Shown: positions 24,690 through 37,452, numbered from the stretch's first letter. The stretch is 64,000 nucleotides of DNA from Octopus sinensis (GCF_006345805.1 NC_043001.1:34224001-34288000), one strand, 5' to 3'. Notes: generated from the letters alone by a model not told the origin. Translations and numbers: made by a program.

Positions 24690-26510
24690 AACAGAATAAT
24701 TGTTTCAGATAGTATAGGCATTCCAAAGGGAATATTCCAGGGCGATAGTCTTTCTGGACTTTTTTTTCATTTTGGCACTGACTCCATTATCGCTCCTACT
24801 GTAGAAATGTCAATGTACATTGAAATGTACATTGAAATGTCAATGTAACTCATAATTTCTTGGTAGACGACCTCAAGATTTATGCTAAAAGTGTTAACAA
24901 TGCCAAAAAAAAAAAAAACAACAAAAAACAACTGGAATTAATAACAACATTTTCAGCTGATATAGGTATGGAATTTGGCCAAAAGAAATGTTCATATTTG
25001 GTTATAGGACATGGAAAGTCAGTCCTCCAAACCCAAAACCTGCGCATTAACGGTCTCTCTATCTCCCCCATTCCACACAAAGAATGTTACAAGTACCTAG
25101 GCATAGATGAAAAAGTATATGAAGGCACTGTGGATAAAGATAGAGTGACCCGAGAATATTACACCAGACTTAGGAAAATATGGCAGTCGGAACTCTCCTC
25201 TTACAACAAAACAATATCCCACAATGCATTTGCAGCACTAGTGCTGATCCCAACATTTGGGATACTTGATTGGTCTGTAGAGGAGATACACTCCATAGAT
25301 ATCAAAACCCGCAAAATCCTGACAACAGCTGGGAACTCCCACAAAAACAGTGATGTTGACAGAATGAAGGTAGTAGAGGCCTGAGATCAGTACAGACGGC
25401 CTTCGAATGCCGTATGGCATCACTCAGACAGCATCTGCCAAAAAACAACAGCAAAAATAAATACATTAATACAGTTCTGCAAAGTGAAATGAGCAACATT
25501 GTACGAGTTGAACTCTCAAGAAACACTCTCTTCTTGATGATCTCCTATACAGCCCCAAGACAGCTGAGCCCTCTTACCTCAGAGAAGACCTGAATGGAAA
25601 GTACTCTGTATGCAAAAAAAAAAAAAGACCATGCATGGGTATGTTGCTCAGAAGCTTAAAGAAGACAGTAGAATTGACACGAAGCGCAGCCTCTCTTGGA
25701 CACAAGACCACTACATCACATCACAATTTGAAGGTTATGCGTTTGGAATCCAGGAACAGGAGATTGCCACAAAGTACCTGGTGAACAAGGGAGACAGTGA
25801 CGCTCTTGTAATCCTAAGGTACAACCGCATGTGTAGGCTATGTCATGCTTCTGTGGAAGACATCACGCATGTGATTAGCAGCTGTCCTAAAATGTCGTCA
25901 CGTTACTACCTTCCTATGCGGTACGATGTTGTCGCTAAAACAATTTACAATGCCATCCACAAAAACGATTGTCCGGAAATAAACTTAGAAAATCCCTCTG
26001 TTATGGAATACATTCATAAACACCAGCTCAAGGAATACTGGCGGAATATTCCCATCGAAACTACTGTCAAATGTAAACACAGCAGGCCGGATATTGTTGT
26101 TTGGGACAGAGGGGCAAAGGTATGTACCGTGTTGGAGGTCAGCTGCCCTCCAAATATAAATATCTCTTTGAAAATCAAAGGAAAAGAGGATATCCATGGA
26201 CAACTGCTTCGAAACCTCCAGCTTCTATATCCAGACTATGAATTTGTATTCATACCAATAATTGGAGCACTAAGTTTTATTAGTAAATGCTTAAAGGAAA
26301 ATCTGGATAAACTGGGATTTTCAGGAAGAGAAATTCGTCGGCTGATTCGCACATTACAAATGCAATCTGTGAATGGAACAGTAAAATTATGCAAGACTTT
26401 TCTCAAGTTACAAATGTTAATTTGTCTGTGTTAATTTCGTCCCAAAGATGGAGCCTTGCATCTTTGTTGGAAACCGGCTCCCTCCTCAGTGGAAGATTTA
26501 TAATAATTAA
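24690..26510 (+). mobile_element. R4/Dong-clade non-LTR retrotransposon (RT + CCHC + restriction-like endonuclease), 5'-truncated, frameshifted
   Basis: GIFQGDSLS, VDDLKIYAK, YKYLG, IDIKTRKILT..SDVDR, the zinc knuckle CRLC..EDITHVISSCP, RYDVVAKTIY, and the PD-(D/E)xK motif RPDIVVWD..LEVSCP. Confidence 0.92.
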
Positions 26511-26623
26511 AAACTAGAAGATATACACATATATATTTACACTTGTACGTGTGTATGTATGTATGTATGTATGTATGTATGTATGTATGTATGTATGTAT
26601 GTATGTATGTATGTATGTATGTA

Positions 26624-26654
<31 letters not shown>

Positions 26655-26902
26655 ATGTATGTATGTATGTATGTATGTATGTATGTATGTGTATATGTAC
26701 GTGCGTGTATGTGTGTGAGCGTGTCTGTGTGCATGTATTTGTTTGTGTGTATGTATGTAGATGAATTTTCTAACACATTTCTGCACACAAAATTTGCTCT
26801 CATATCCCCACATCTTGTATATTGACATCTTTATTTATTTACTGTGGCCTACAATATCAGTAGACTTTTTAAGAACAAATGTCTCTCTCCTGCTCGCCAT
26901 AC

Positions 26903-27007
26903 CTAGTTTTTGCATCAATCCAGTCTGCAAAGTCCAACGAAGTTGACACTCTTGCTTTATACACTCTCTCGACCGGCAACAAATACCACCCGTTGTATTA
27001 CACCCAC
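26903..27007 (-). CDS. Candidate 105-nt Cys-rich exon (GCNTTGGICCRSRECIKQECQLRWTLQTGLMQKL)
   Basis: Acceptor TTTCAATTTCTTTTTAATGAAG|, donor CTAG|GTATGG, and one open frame (phase 1-1). No homology recognised. Confidence 0.25.
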
Positions 27008-27137
27008 CTTCATTAAAAAGAAATTGAAAATATCGGATTGTATAATCATTGAGAGGTTCTCAATGATTTATCCCCACTTAAACGTGGGTGTTACCACGAG
27101 AAAAACTCTTATATTGGCTTTTTGGTGCAACCTATGT

Positions 27138-27649
27138 ATGGCCTGGTCAACCTGTAATGACATGCATAAGATCTGGTCATCAAAACTAAGTAGAGACTTC
27201 AAACTTGAAATCTTCAAAGCCACAGTCGAACCAATTCTACTATATGGCTCAGAAACCTGGACGTTATCAAAGAAGCTTGAGAGGCGGTTGGATGGAACCT
27301 ACACTCGCCTCCTTATGAGAGCTCAAAATCTCTCGTGGAAGCGCCATCCAACCAAAATGCAAATATATGGGAAACTACCACCTGTGTGATCTCTTGTGAA
27401 AGGTAGAAGAGTCCAGTTTGCTGGACATTGTTGTAGAGCTGAAAAAGAGGTAATTTCTACTCTCCTCCTCTGGAAGCCATCTACTCGCAATGCCAGAGGG
27501 CGCACACTCTCCTACCCTGATGTAATCTCCAGGGATACAGGCATCCAGCAACAGGACCTCCGTAATGCCATGATGGACCGTGAAGTCTGGCGTAGCATGG
27601 TAAATTCCATTGTCTCGACCACGGTCGAACAATGATGATGATGATGATG
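27138..27649 (+). mobile_element. RTE-clade LINE 3' end with (TGA)n tail
   Basis: AWSTCNDMHKIWSS..KLEIFKATVEPILLYGSETWTL..FAGHC..DREVWRSMV, then a TGA-repeat tail. One in-frame stop. Confidence 0.92.
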
Positions 27650-28023
27650 TATCGCTGGTGGGGAAACGAATCACTGCTGTTTCCAGTGGTCGAGTGTCTC
27701 TCATTGACAAGACCAAACAAGGTCGAAATCACGTGAACTTGTAGTCTCGTCACTGGAGGTAGCGACATAAACAAGGGTGTGTTTTGCATCAGAAAGCCAA
27801 TATGAAAGTTTCTCTCGTGGTATCTGCTGCAGTATAGCTTGTTCTAATAGAACATCCACGTGTAAGTGGGGATATATATTATCCCACGGTATTAATATTT
27901 CCTCTCTCGCTAATATATACATATAGTATAATTATTATGATACATGATAATGCAGATCTAAACCTTCGGAAATGTATGAACGTCACAACATACTATTTCT
28001 CCATAGAATGTATAGATAGATAG

Positions 28024-28468
28024 ACGTAGGCGCGGCTTTGTGGTAAGAAGCTTGCGTCCCAACCACATAATTCCGGGTTTAGTCCAACTGCGTGGCACCT
28101 TGGACAAGTGTCTTCTACTATAGCCTCGGACCGACCACAGCCCTGTGAGTGGATTTGATAGGCGAAAACTTAAAGAAGCTCGTCGTATATGTATATATAT
28201 ATGTACATATTTGTGTGTGTGTGTTGTGTGTGTGTGTGTGCGCGTGCGTGTGTTTGTGTATGTGCATTCGTCACCCATCCGCCATCACTTGACAGCCTAT
28301 GCTGGTGTGTTTATGTCCCCATAAATGAGCGGTTCGGCAAAAAAAAGAAATCGATAGAATAAGTACAAAGAGTAAGTCCTGGTGTCCATTCCTTCGACTA
28401 AAACCTTTTAAGGCTGTGCTCCAGCATGGCCGCAGTCAAATGACTGAAACAAGTATAAAATAAAAGAC
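28024..28468 (+). mobile_element. SINE family A, diverged
   Basis: Head, TG tract and tail recognisable. Confidence 0.85.
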
Positions 28469-29036
28469 TAAAAGCAATATAACAAATTATCTTTGATTTT
28501 CTTGGGGTCGGCCAGATTGGAGTAATCTCGAGTGTAATCGGCCGAAACTGCAAGGATGCTCTAGAATTCGACTGACGATAGAAAGCTCCGAATGACCTGC
28601 CTCGTTTTTTTTTTCTGTCCTTCTGTCCGATGTCTTGTCGTCGCCTGTTACGTTCTTGTTCCGTATTTTGTCTTGTTTTTTTGTTTTTATTTGATTTTTA
28701 TATATTTAAAAAATTAATTTATATCAATAACATGTATGTATGCGCATGTTTTTATGCGTAGATTCAATACAAGTGCATCAGTATACATATAGATATAGGC
28801 AAATATACACGGAGTGGTACGCTTACGCGCACACCAACACTTAGATATATATGAACATGTGATAAAATGAAGGTAAAACTTGTTAGCAGATTGCATATAA
28901 AGATACTGACACAGACACATTCATCCATCTATCTATTTGTTTGTCTGTACGTTTGTCGGTCTGTCCATCTATCTGTCTGTCTGTCTGTCTATCTGGCTGT
29001 CTTTCCATCTGTCTGTCTGTCTGCCTGTCTATCTGC

Positions 29037-29125
<89 letters not shown>

Positions 29126-29735
29126 GTCTGTCTGTCTATCTAATTGCACTGTTTATATGAAACGTAAACTTCCTAGAACTTATTGGGGGCAAAATCGATT
29201 AAAGAAAGTAAATAGAACTGTAGGAGGTGTTGATAGCAATACTTTAATTTCGATAACCTTTGATGTTACTTCTTCATCCGAAAGTCAAACACGATTTCCA
29301 TGATGATGATGATGACGAAGATTGTGATCGCCGTCGTCGTCGTCGTTGTCCTCATCCTCCTTCTTCTCATCCTTCTCCTCCTCCTCCTTCTCCTCCTCAA
29401 TTATATTGTTTATTGCTTCAATGGTTTTCATGCGAGTTTCTACTTCATCCCGCGATTTGCTGCAACGTCGGGTTGGAGAGGTGTGTACTTGTACTCTGTA
29501 TGTGTGTGCGTGTGTATGCGTGTGTATGCGTGTGTGTGCGTGGTGTGTGTGTGTGTGTGTGTGCGTGTGTGAGTGTGTGTGTGTGTGTGCGCGTGCGTGT
29601 GACGTGGCATCACGTTCGTATTCTACATAAGTTCGTATTGTTATGGAGGTGTGGCTTGTTGCTTCCGACATTACTTCAGTATTTCGTCTGCTGCGCAGAG
29701 TATGCGTAATGGGAGTTGCATTGCTTGGTTTGGGT

Positions 29736-30036
29736 GAGGGCGCATGGCCTAGTGGTTCGGGTGTTGAACTCATGATCGCGAGATTGTAGTTTCAATCCCT
29801 GGACCGGGTTGTACTTTGTGTTCGTGAACAAAGCACTTCATCTCACGTTGCTCCGCGATATCTTCGGCACCTGACGTCTGGTACACCGTCTACCTGTTCA
29901 GACAACGTTGATTTAATGGAGGGTATGAGCTAAAGCACAGAACATTCATGTGATCACTATAAGCGAATCTTTTGTGTAGGTTATTCAAAAAGAAATTGCA
30001 GAACCGTCTTCCTCGGATCATGAGAGACTGCCATTA
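29736..30036 (+). mobile_element. Older tRNA-headed SINE (family E)
   Basis: GGCGCATGGCCTAGTGG...GTAGTTTCAATCCCTGGACC head followed by CORE-like GAACAAAGCACTTCATCTCAC. Confidence 0.6.
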
Positions 30037-30037
30037 T

Positions 30038-30560
30038 TACCGTAAATCCTCGAGTATAGTCCGCCCTTGAGTATAATACGCAGGGGATTTTTAAGGGGAT
30101 GTAGCTCTGAAAAACCTAAACCTTGTGTATAATACGCACCCCTTCTCTAACTTGAGTCAAGGAGGTCTATATAACGTCCTTGGTTTGTAAAAATGTATAC
30201 GGTAACGTCCTTTATTATTATTGTATGTATAACATAATGCATACGTTTAGCTTTTTTGTGCATATTGTTTGCAAAAAATAAAGACACAACAGTAATAACA
30301 GTAATAACGTTTAATAAATGTTGCTTACTGCAAGTTAAGGATGATTCTTTTATGACTTCATTGCTTTCAGGCTTAGCTTAAGGTATTTTCGCACCCGACA
30401 TCACAAAATGCGTCTGAATAAACATTGCTGGACAGCAAATAGAGACTCGGACATTGCTTAGAAGATATTTTTCATTTTTAACCTCGTATATAGTACGCAC
30501 TAGGGATTTTGACCTTTAAATTTTGGGGAAAAAATACGGATTATACTCGAGGATTTACGG
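30038..30560. mobile_element. Tc2/pogo-type MITE
   Basis: TA-CCGTAAATCCTCGAGTATA ... TATACTCGAGGATTTACGG TIRs with subterminal GTATAATACGCA repeats. Confidence 0.85.
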
Positions 30561-30614
30561 ACTTGTTTGGGTAATGATTGTGTTCCCTATATGTTTTGGG
30601 ATTAATGTTGTACA

Positions 30615-30903
30615 CCTCAACCTACGACCTATGCGACTAACGTCCATCCGCATTTACAATCACAATGAATAAATAGATAAAATACAATTTTCGGACGTTG
30701 GGCAGCTGCGCGCACGATAACTATGGCAGCATCTGGCAACGTAGACTTCCTTTAGACTCAGGCATCTACTGCCTGCCACTATCTCTCACACGGTCACTTT
30801 CAAGCACCAGTTGCGTTTGAATGAAAACAATGTTGAAAAATATAAATCGACATACGACCAGATCGAATTGTCAGTTGGAACGGAATTGGGTCGTAAGTCG
30901 AGG
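30615..30903. mobile_element. Tigger/pogo-like MITE relic
   Basis: Imperfect inverted ends CCTCAACCTACGACC / GGTCGTAAGTCGAGG and internal TCGACATACGACC. Confidence 0.45.
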
Positions 30904-31021
30904 AGAAGGGATATCAGTGTAAGATTTTATAGACTACGCACAGCATATATTGTTATGCAAATGAATGACAACTGTTAGGAATATGAAGCGTGTATTTAGT
31001 AGGATTGTTTATTTGATCAAT

Positions 31022-31496
31022 TAAAACATCTGATAAGGTGGTGAGCTGGCAGAAAGGTTAGCACGCAGGGCGAAATGCGTAGCCGTATTTCGTCTGCCGT
31101 TACGTTCTGAGTCCAAATTCCGCCGAGGTCGACTTTGCCTTTCATCCTTTCGGGGTCGATAAATTAAGTACCAGTTACGCACTGGGGTCGATGTAATCGA
31201 CTTACTCCGTTTGTCTGTCCTTGTTTGCCCCCTCTGTGTTTAGCCCTTTGTGGGTAGTAAAGAAATATAAAACATCTGATAAGCTGGTTAGCACGCCGGG
31301 CGAAATGCTTAGTGATATTTCGTCTGTCTTTATGTTCTGAATTCAAATTCCGCCGAGGTCGACTTTGCTTTTCATCCTTTCGGGGTCGATAAATTAAGCG
31401 CCAGTTGCGTACTGGGGTCGATGAAATCGACTGGCCCCCTCCCCCAAAAATTTCGGGCCTTGTGCCTAGAGTAGAAAACAATTAGAACATCTGATA
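31022..31496 (+). mobile_element. Two SINE B copies with different tails at one site, three copies of the target sequence
   Basis: AACATCTGATA occurs near 31025, 31271 and 31486. Copy 1 ends ...GGGTAGTAAAGAAATA and copy 2 ends ...GGGCCTTGTGCCTAGAGTAGAAAA. Confidence 0.88.
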
Positions 31497-31606
31497 TCTT
31501 AAATAGTAACTAGATTGTGCTTAGTATAGATCTCTGTTGGACTGTGATTAACGTTGTCATCCCTGGCATAGCTTTGTTCATTAAAAAAATATTATTACCA
31601 TACATA

Positions 31607-31820
31607 GACGTAGGACTGGCTGTGTGGTAAGAAGCTTGCTTCCCAATCACATGAGTTCCGGGTTCAGTCCCACTGCGTGACACCTTGTGCAAGTGTCTCC
31701 TTCTATAGCCTCAGTCCGACCAAAGCCTTGTGAGTGGATTTGGTAGACGTATACTGAAAGAAGCCTGTCGTAATACATACATACATACATACATACATAC
31801 ATACATACATACATACATAC

Positions 31821-31858
<38 letters not shown>

Positions 31859-32090
31859 ATATATATTATATATATATACATACATACATGTGTGTGTGTC
31901 TGTTTGTCCCCTCATCATCGCTTGACAACCGATGCTTGTGTGTTTACAGCCCCGTGACTTAGCGGTTCGGCAAAAGAGACCGATAGAGTAAGTACTAGGC
32001 TTACAAAGAGTAAGTCCTGGGATCGAATTGTTCGACTAAAGGTGATGCTCCAGCATGGCCGCAGTCAAATGGCTGGAACAAGTAAAAGAA
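31607..32090 (+). mobile_element. SINE family A, full length
   Basis: Head, internal (TACA)n/(TA)n and tail. Confidence 0.9.
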
Positions 32091-32362
32091 TATCTACTAC
32101 TCTAATAATTAATGATTTTAAGTTTTGGAACAAGGACAGAAATTTCGAGTTGGAGTTAAGTCGATTATAACCATCCCAGTGCCCAATTTTATAGAACCTC
32201 AAAAAGATGGGGGGAAACGAAATCGACCGTAGCGGAAATTGAACTATGAACGTACTGATGGACAAAACGCCCCGAAGCATTTTACCGAGCGCGCTAACGA
32301 TTCTGCCAGCTCGTCGTCTTTAGTGCTTTTATAATTATTGGTACTACTTTTACTTTTATACC

Positions 32363-32592
32363 TATTTCTTTATTACCCACAAGGGGCTAAACACAGAGGG
32401 GACAAACAAGGACAGACATAGGTATTAAGTCGATTACATCGACCCCAGTGCGAAACTGGTACTTAATTTATCGACCCCGAAAGGATGAAAGGTAAAGTCG
32501 ACCTCGGCGGAATTTGAACTCAGAATGTAACGGCAGACGAAATACCGCTAAGCATTTTGCCTGGTGTGCTTACGATTCCGCTAGCTCACCCC
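32363..32592 (-). mobile_element. SINE family B monomer (a diverged copy precedes it at about 32120-32320)
   Basis: Body and tail match family B. Confidence 0.9.
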
Positions 32593-32599
32593 CACAACA

Positions 32600-33190
32600 A
32601 GCTCTTTCAGTTTCAAAGGTTGCCCCCACAACCAGCTTCTCTCAGCCTCTTTACATCCTTTCAGGCAATGTTTTGGTGAGATGTAATCCCGTTGTCCATC
32701 ATTAAAGACATTTCCATTCAAGTCGTTGGTAGTTATGCTCTGACTGTTTTCTTTGATTTCTTTGTTAGTTTGACAGTCATACCACGGATGCTTGTGATCA
32801 AGTCGTTCCCATGTACCGTATTTGGTAACTTTTTTTTTATTCATTTCTACAGTGAAACACTGGCATATTGCCCAGTGGGCAATAGCTGCCAACTTAATCG
32901 CATCTGTGACTTAGAAAGGACAGAACAGCAGCCAATATTGTGATCAACTGTCTCTCTGGTTTGAGAGTAAAATCTGCACTTTTGTTGGTTTATTGTTTTC
33001 ATTATTTTATTTTTGTAAATATTTTTTTACCAGCATTTGGTCCTGTGCAGTTAAGATCAATCATGTTTTTGTTTTATCTCTGGGCTTTTTTTAAAATCAT
33101 AGATGGTTTCCAGTTCAGTATATTTCCTTTTTTTCTCTCGTGCCTTGTAACATTCTGATCATGGAGTGTATTTTCTCTTCTGTTATTTTT
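32600..33190 (-). mobile_element. Highly decayed R4/Dong-type LINE fragment
   Basis: Across frameshifts: TAQDQML..KY, KCRFYSQTRETVDHNIGCCSVL, HRCD.VG..HWAICQ, PWYDCQ..ENS. This matches the AQDQ/CCHC/RHD/WY order of the clade. Confidence 0.65.
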
Positions 33191-33218
33191 TATTTTAGCA
33201 TATCATTGAATTTGTTTG

Positions 33219-33220
<2 letters not shown>

Positions 33221-33249
<29 letters not shown>

Positions 33250-33319
33250 CTTCTTCTTCTTCTTCTTCTTCTTCTTCTTCTTCTTCTTCTTCTTCTTCTT
33301 CTTCTTCTTCTTCTTCTTC
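33221..33319. repeat. (TTC)n trinucleotide repeat
   Basis: Pure run. Confidence 0.98.
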
Positions 33320-33344
33320 GCTCCCTTCTCTCCCTCCTCCTCTC

Positions 33345-34990
33345 CTCCACGTTTTGGACGAATCTTGGCACTCGAGCCACTGCTATGGCAGTTGGAATAG
33401 TTAAGGGGCACCCCTTTTGAACTGGGACATGGAAGGGCAGTGTCGGCGTACACGGACGACGTTATCGGCATGGTGTCGGACACCTCCAAAGTAGAGACGG
33501 TTAGCACCATTCTAAAGGAATACGACTCGGTTGCAGAGGCTAAAATCAATGCCGACAAATCGGTAGCTTTGCAGTTGGGCTCCTGGAGAGGCAGGTCGAT
33601 GCCATCGGACGTCGTCGTCGGACACTGGACCGACGGACCAGTTAAACTGCTCGTGGTTTGGTTTAATCTCGACCTCCAGGGAGATAAGAACTGGGACGAG
33701 ATGACGAACAGGGTGGTCAGTCTTAAACAGAAATAGGCTGAGAGAAAGTTTTCCCGGACAGAGGTGGCGAATGTCGACGTTATCATTTATCGCCTGACCG
33801 TCGTAGCTTCGACCTGGTTGGAGTGTCTCTTATTTAATTTCTTGTTGAAGGGACGCGTTCCAATGGCCAAGCGGTCAGTCTGCTGGTGGTGCCCTCTGAG
33901 TGGCGGATTAGGTATGCCGTAGCTTCTAATGCGCAGGTACGCTCTTACGTTGCACCACCTACAACGGTTTCTGGATGGTGCCCGACATCTAGAATGTCGT
34001 CAGGCTCTTACAGACCCCTACAGTCAGGCAATGGGATCTGTGGACGTTCCGCTTTAGTAATTTATAGATGATTAGTGGCGAGGAAGTAAGATGACGTACT
34101 CGGAGAGACTCTAGGCATCGATGAAAACAAACTGACCAGTCTGTTCCGGAGTACTTTCCGGTCGGGAACTATCGGAGATAATTTCCAGATGTCCTTGGCC
34201 CAGTAGTGCTACTGGGGGTTGCTACCGGTTCGAGATGAATCCTACAGACACAGATATACTGTCAGACGGGCTTGTCTGAGGAGCGCAGAGAGCGACGAAA
34301 TCGCTCTACACACACACGTTCAGTGTCCGAGCATTGCCGACATGTGGGGCTATGTGGAACAGCTACTGTCGCGTGTGAGACGGATCCGTCTGTTGGTCAA
34401 GTCCATAGTGATGATTGTCTTGCTGCCCTCCTTGAATTGGGCAGGCAAGGTACTTTTCCTTTGTCTGGTGACTATGACGGAAGAGATTGTGTGGTGGACG
34501 AGGTTGAAAGGCATGAAGACAAGTACCTTCCTCTTTGTAGAGGTCTTATTGGCTTCTTCAAGTTTCACATGAAAAAGAAATTAAGGGCGGAGAGGGAAGC
34601 GCTGTCCTCGAGTGAGTTTATTGAAAGGTTGCGAAAATAGCAAGAGTGGATGGTCTCTCTAAGTATAAACTTGTTAGTTGGAGAAAAGGAATTGGAGAGG
34701 GTACTTGCCTTTAGTGTTCAGGGAGGTCTTGGACAGTGGGGTTCCCCAATTATCCCTAGGGGTCATCCTGTATCAGGGGGACAACATCTCTATCATCTCC
34801 CCACTTTTTTTTACCTTTGTATATTATATATATTTCCCTTGCTTTTCATTGTATACCGTGTATACTTACACATTCTTTTGTTTGTTTATTTATATTTTTT
34901 TACATTTCATTGTATGTAAAACCCCACACTTTATGTCTCTTCTATACCGCCCCTTTCATCCTTTACTTTGGTGGCAAATAAATGAAATCC
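33345..34990 (+). mobile_element. Tx1/L1-clade LINE, 5'-truncated, decayed
   Basis: ILALEPLL, AYTDDV..AEAKINADKS..LGSW..VKLLVVWF..NWDE, a decayed zinc knuckle (..HTHVQCPSIADMWGYVEQLL), and a 3' UTR ending GTGGCAAATAAATGAAATC. Confidence 0.85.
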
Positions 34991-35019
34991 TCCTCCCCCT
35001 CCTCATCATCAGTACTATT

Positions 35020-35222
35020 ATTAAGGCGGTAAGGTGGCAGAATCGTTAGCAGGCCGGGTAAAATTTCGTTCGTCTTCGTATTCTGAGTTCAAATTCCGCC
35101 GAGGTCGACTTTGTCTTTCAGTCTTTCGGGGTCTAGAAAATAAGTACCAATTATGCACTTGGGTCGATGTAATTCACTAGCCCCTTCCCCACAAAATTTC
35201 AGGTCTTAAGCCTATAGTACAA
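35020..35222 (+). mobile_element. SINE family B, alternative (CCCCAAAATTTC) tail
   Basis: Head/body match; the tail resembles that at 31440. Confidence 0.8.
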
Positions 35223-35244
35223 AAGATTATTATTATTATTATTA

Positions 35245-35306
<62 letters not shown>

Positions 35307-35938
35307 ATATTCGTATTCTCTTTTAACTGACTGAACACAAATCAAATCAAATCAAATCAATAAGGATTGGTTAATTTTCTTTTCATTAAAAAATTCTTTT
35401 TTTTTTTTCTTTAGCGCTCTTCTTAACAGTTAGTGTTTAATGAGTCGAATATGATACGTCTTCGATGGAAGCTGGACTTCCTTACATTTGAAATACTCAA
35501 TCGCAGGAAATTGAGCTCGATGCGATTAATCAATGGTAAAAAATCTTTGGCCCGAGTGGTGATTCGACTGTTAAGTTACATGATCTCTTCTTAGCAATAA
35601 TCTTCAGTGGAGAAGTGAAGAAATTCATTTTCGTAATCAGCAGTGTTGTATGTAGCGTGCGTATAGCGTGCTGTGGTGGTGGTGGTGGCGGTGATGGGTC
35701 GGTGGTGCAAACCGATCTCGGAAATATCTCTTTATTTATGGATGACTAGACATGCAATAAATCTTACGATGAAAAGATTGTTGAGATGTTAAGTAAATTG
35801 AAAGCATTCGCTGGTGATTCCGTGATACGTTCAATAAAGGCTAATGATTTTCTGGTACGTAGCATCGTGGGATATTTTGGTTCCTTGCTCTTTTATCGAA
35901 CGTTCGATTTCATGCCGCACTGGTTTATAGGATTTAGA

Positions 35939-36011
<73 letters not shown>

Positions 36012-36323
36012 AGTGTGTATGTGTTTATGTGTGTTTCTCTTTATCAGAACTGAATGGTCACGTCGAAATTACTGCCAAATATTCCTAAAATCATGGCCAC
36101 AGTCTTATAAGTAGATAGACAATGCTAATTAGGTAATGCAATTCGGAACATACATTGTCTCAAAAAGATGGGATGATTATAGCAGAAAAGCTTTTGAACA
36201 TATCTGCTCAATAAGGATTGGTTCGAAGCTCATCATCACCACCACCACCACCGCCACTGCCACCACCACCGCCGCTGCCATCACCACCACCCCACCACCA
36301 AATCGCCAAACCACCACTACTAC

Positions 36324-37034
36324 CTATTTCCTTACCACCCACAAGGGGCTAAACACAGAGGGGACAAACAAGGACAGACAAACGGATTAAGTCGATTATA
36401 TCGACCCAAGTGCGTAACTGGTACTTATTTAATCGACCCCGAAAGGATGAAAGGCAAAGTCGACCTCGGTGGAATTTCAACTCAGAACGTAGCGGCAGAC
36501 AAAATACCGCTCGGCATTTCGCCCGGCGTGCTAACGTTTCTGCCATCTCGCCGCCTTAAATACCAATTTCTTTACTACCCACAAGGGGCTAAACACAGAG
36601 GGGACAAACAATTACAGACAAACGGATTAAGTCGATTATATCGACCCCAGTGCGTAATTGGTACTTAATTTATCGACCCCGAAAGGATGAAAGGCAAATC
36701 GACCCCGGCGGAATTTGAACTCAGAACGTAGCGGCAGACAAAATACCGCTAAGTATTTCGCCCGGCGTGCTAACGTTTCTGCCAGCTTGCCGCCTTAAAT
36801 ACCAATTTCTTTACTACCCACAAGGGGCTAAACATAGACAGGACAAACAAGGACAGACAAACGGATTAAGTTGATTATATCGACCCCAGTGCGTAACTGG
36901 TTCTTATTTAATCGATCCCGAAAGGATGAAAGGCAAAGTCGACCTCGACGGAATTTGAACTCAGAACGTAGCGGCAGACAAAATACCGCTAAGCATTTCG
37001 CCCGACGTGCTAACGTTTCTGCCAACTCGCCGCC
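36324..37034 (-). mobile_element. SINE family B head-to-tail trimer of full-length units (239-bp period)
   Basis: Identical junctions TTAAATACCAATTTC at 36556 and 36795. All units share the GACAAAATAC variant. ACCACTACTAC flanks both sides. Confidence 0.93.
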
Positions 37035-37452
37035 CGAACCACTACTACTACCATCCACAACAACGACAAGAACGAGGTGGTAGGGCGTGGCGGTCGGGGG
37101 ACCTGGGCTGAATGACTTCTGTTTTTAAGTACACATAATCAATCAATCAGATAATTAATCGCTCCGTTATTGAGTGAGTAGATCAATCGATAATTGATTA
37201 AAATTTATCTAAAGGAGTGTTTGTAAATTTTGTGACTTTCCATAACTCGACATCTCCGTTAATGAATGTGAGCATGCATTTATGTATGTATGTATGTATG
37301 TATGTATGTATGTATGTATGTATGTATGTATGTATGTATGTATGCATGCATGCATGTATGTATGCATGCATGTATGTATGTATGTATGTATGTATGTATG
37401 TATGTATGTATGTATGTATGCATGTATGTATGCATGTATGTATGATTGTGTG

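Noticed and set aside
24860-26434. Intact host gene or active retrotransposon from ORFs 24860-25384 and 25610-26434
   Set aside because: These are pieces of one 5'-truncated LINE ORF broken by frameshifts, with poly(A) expansions in the coding sequence.
28500-28720. Second hammerhead (GGCCGAAAC ... CTGACGA) in a Penelope-like tail
   Set aside because: There is no GUH site or stem III between the motifs, and stem II cannot be closed next to the core.
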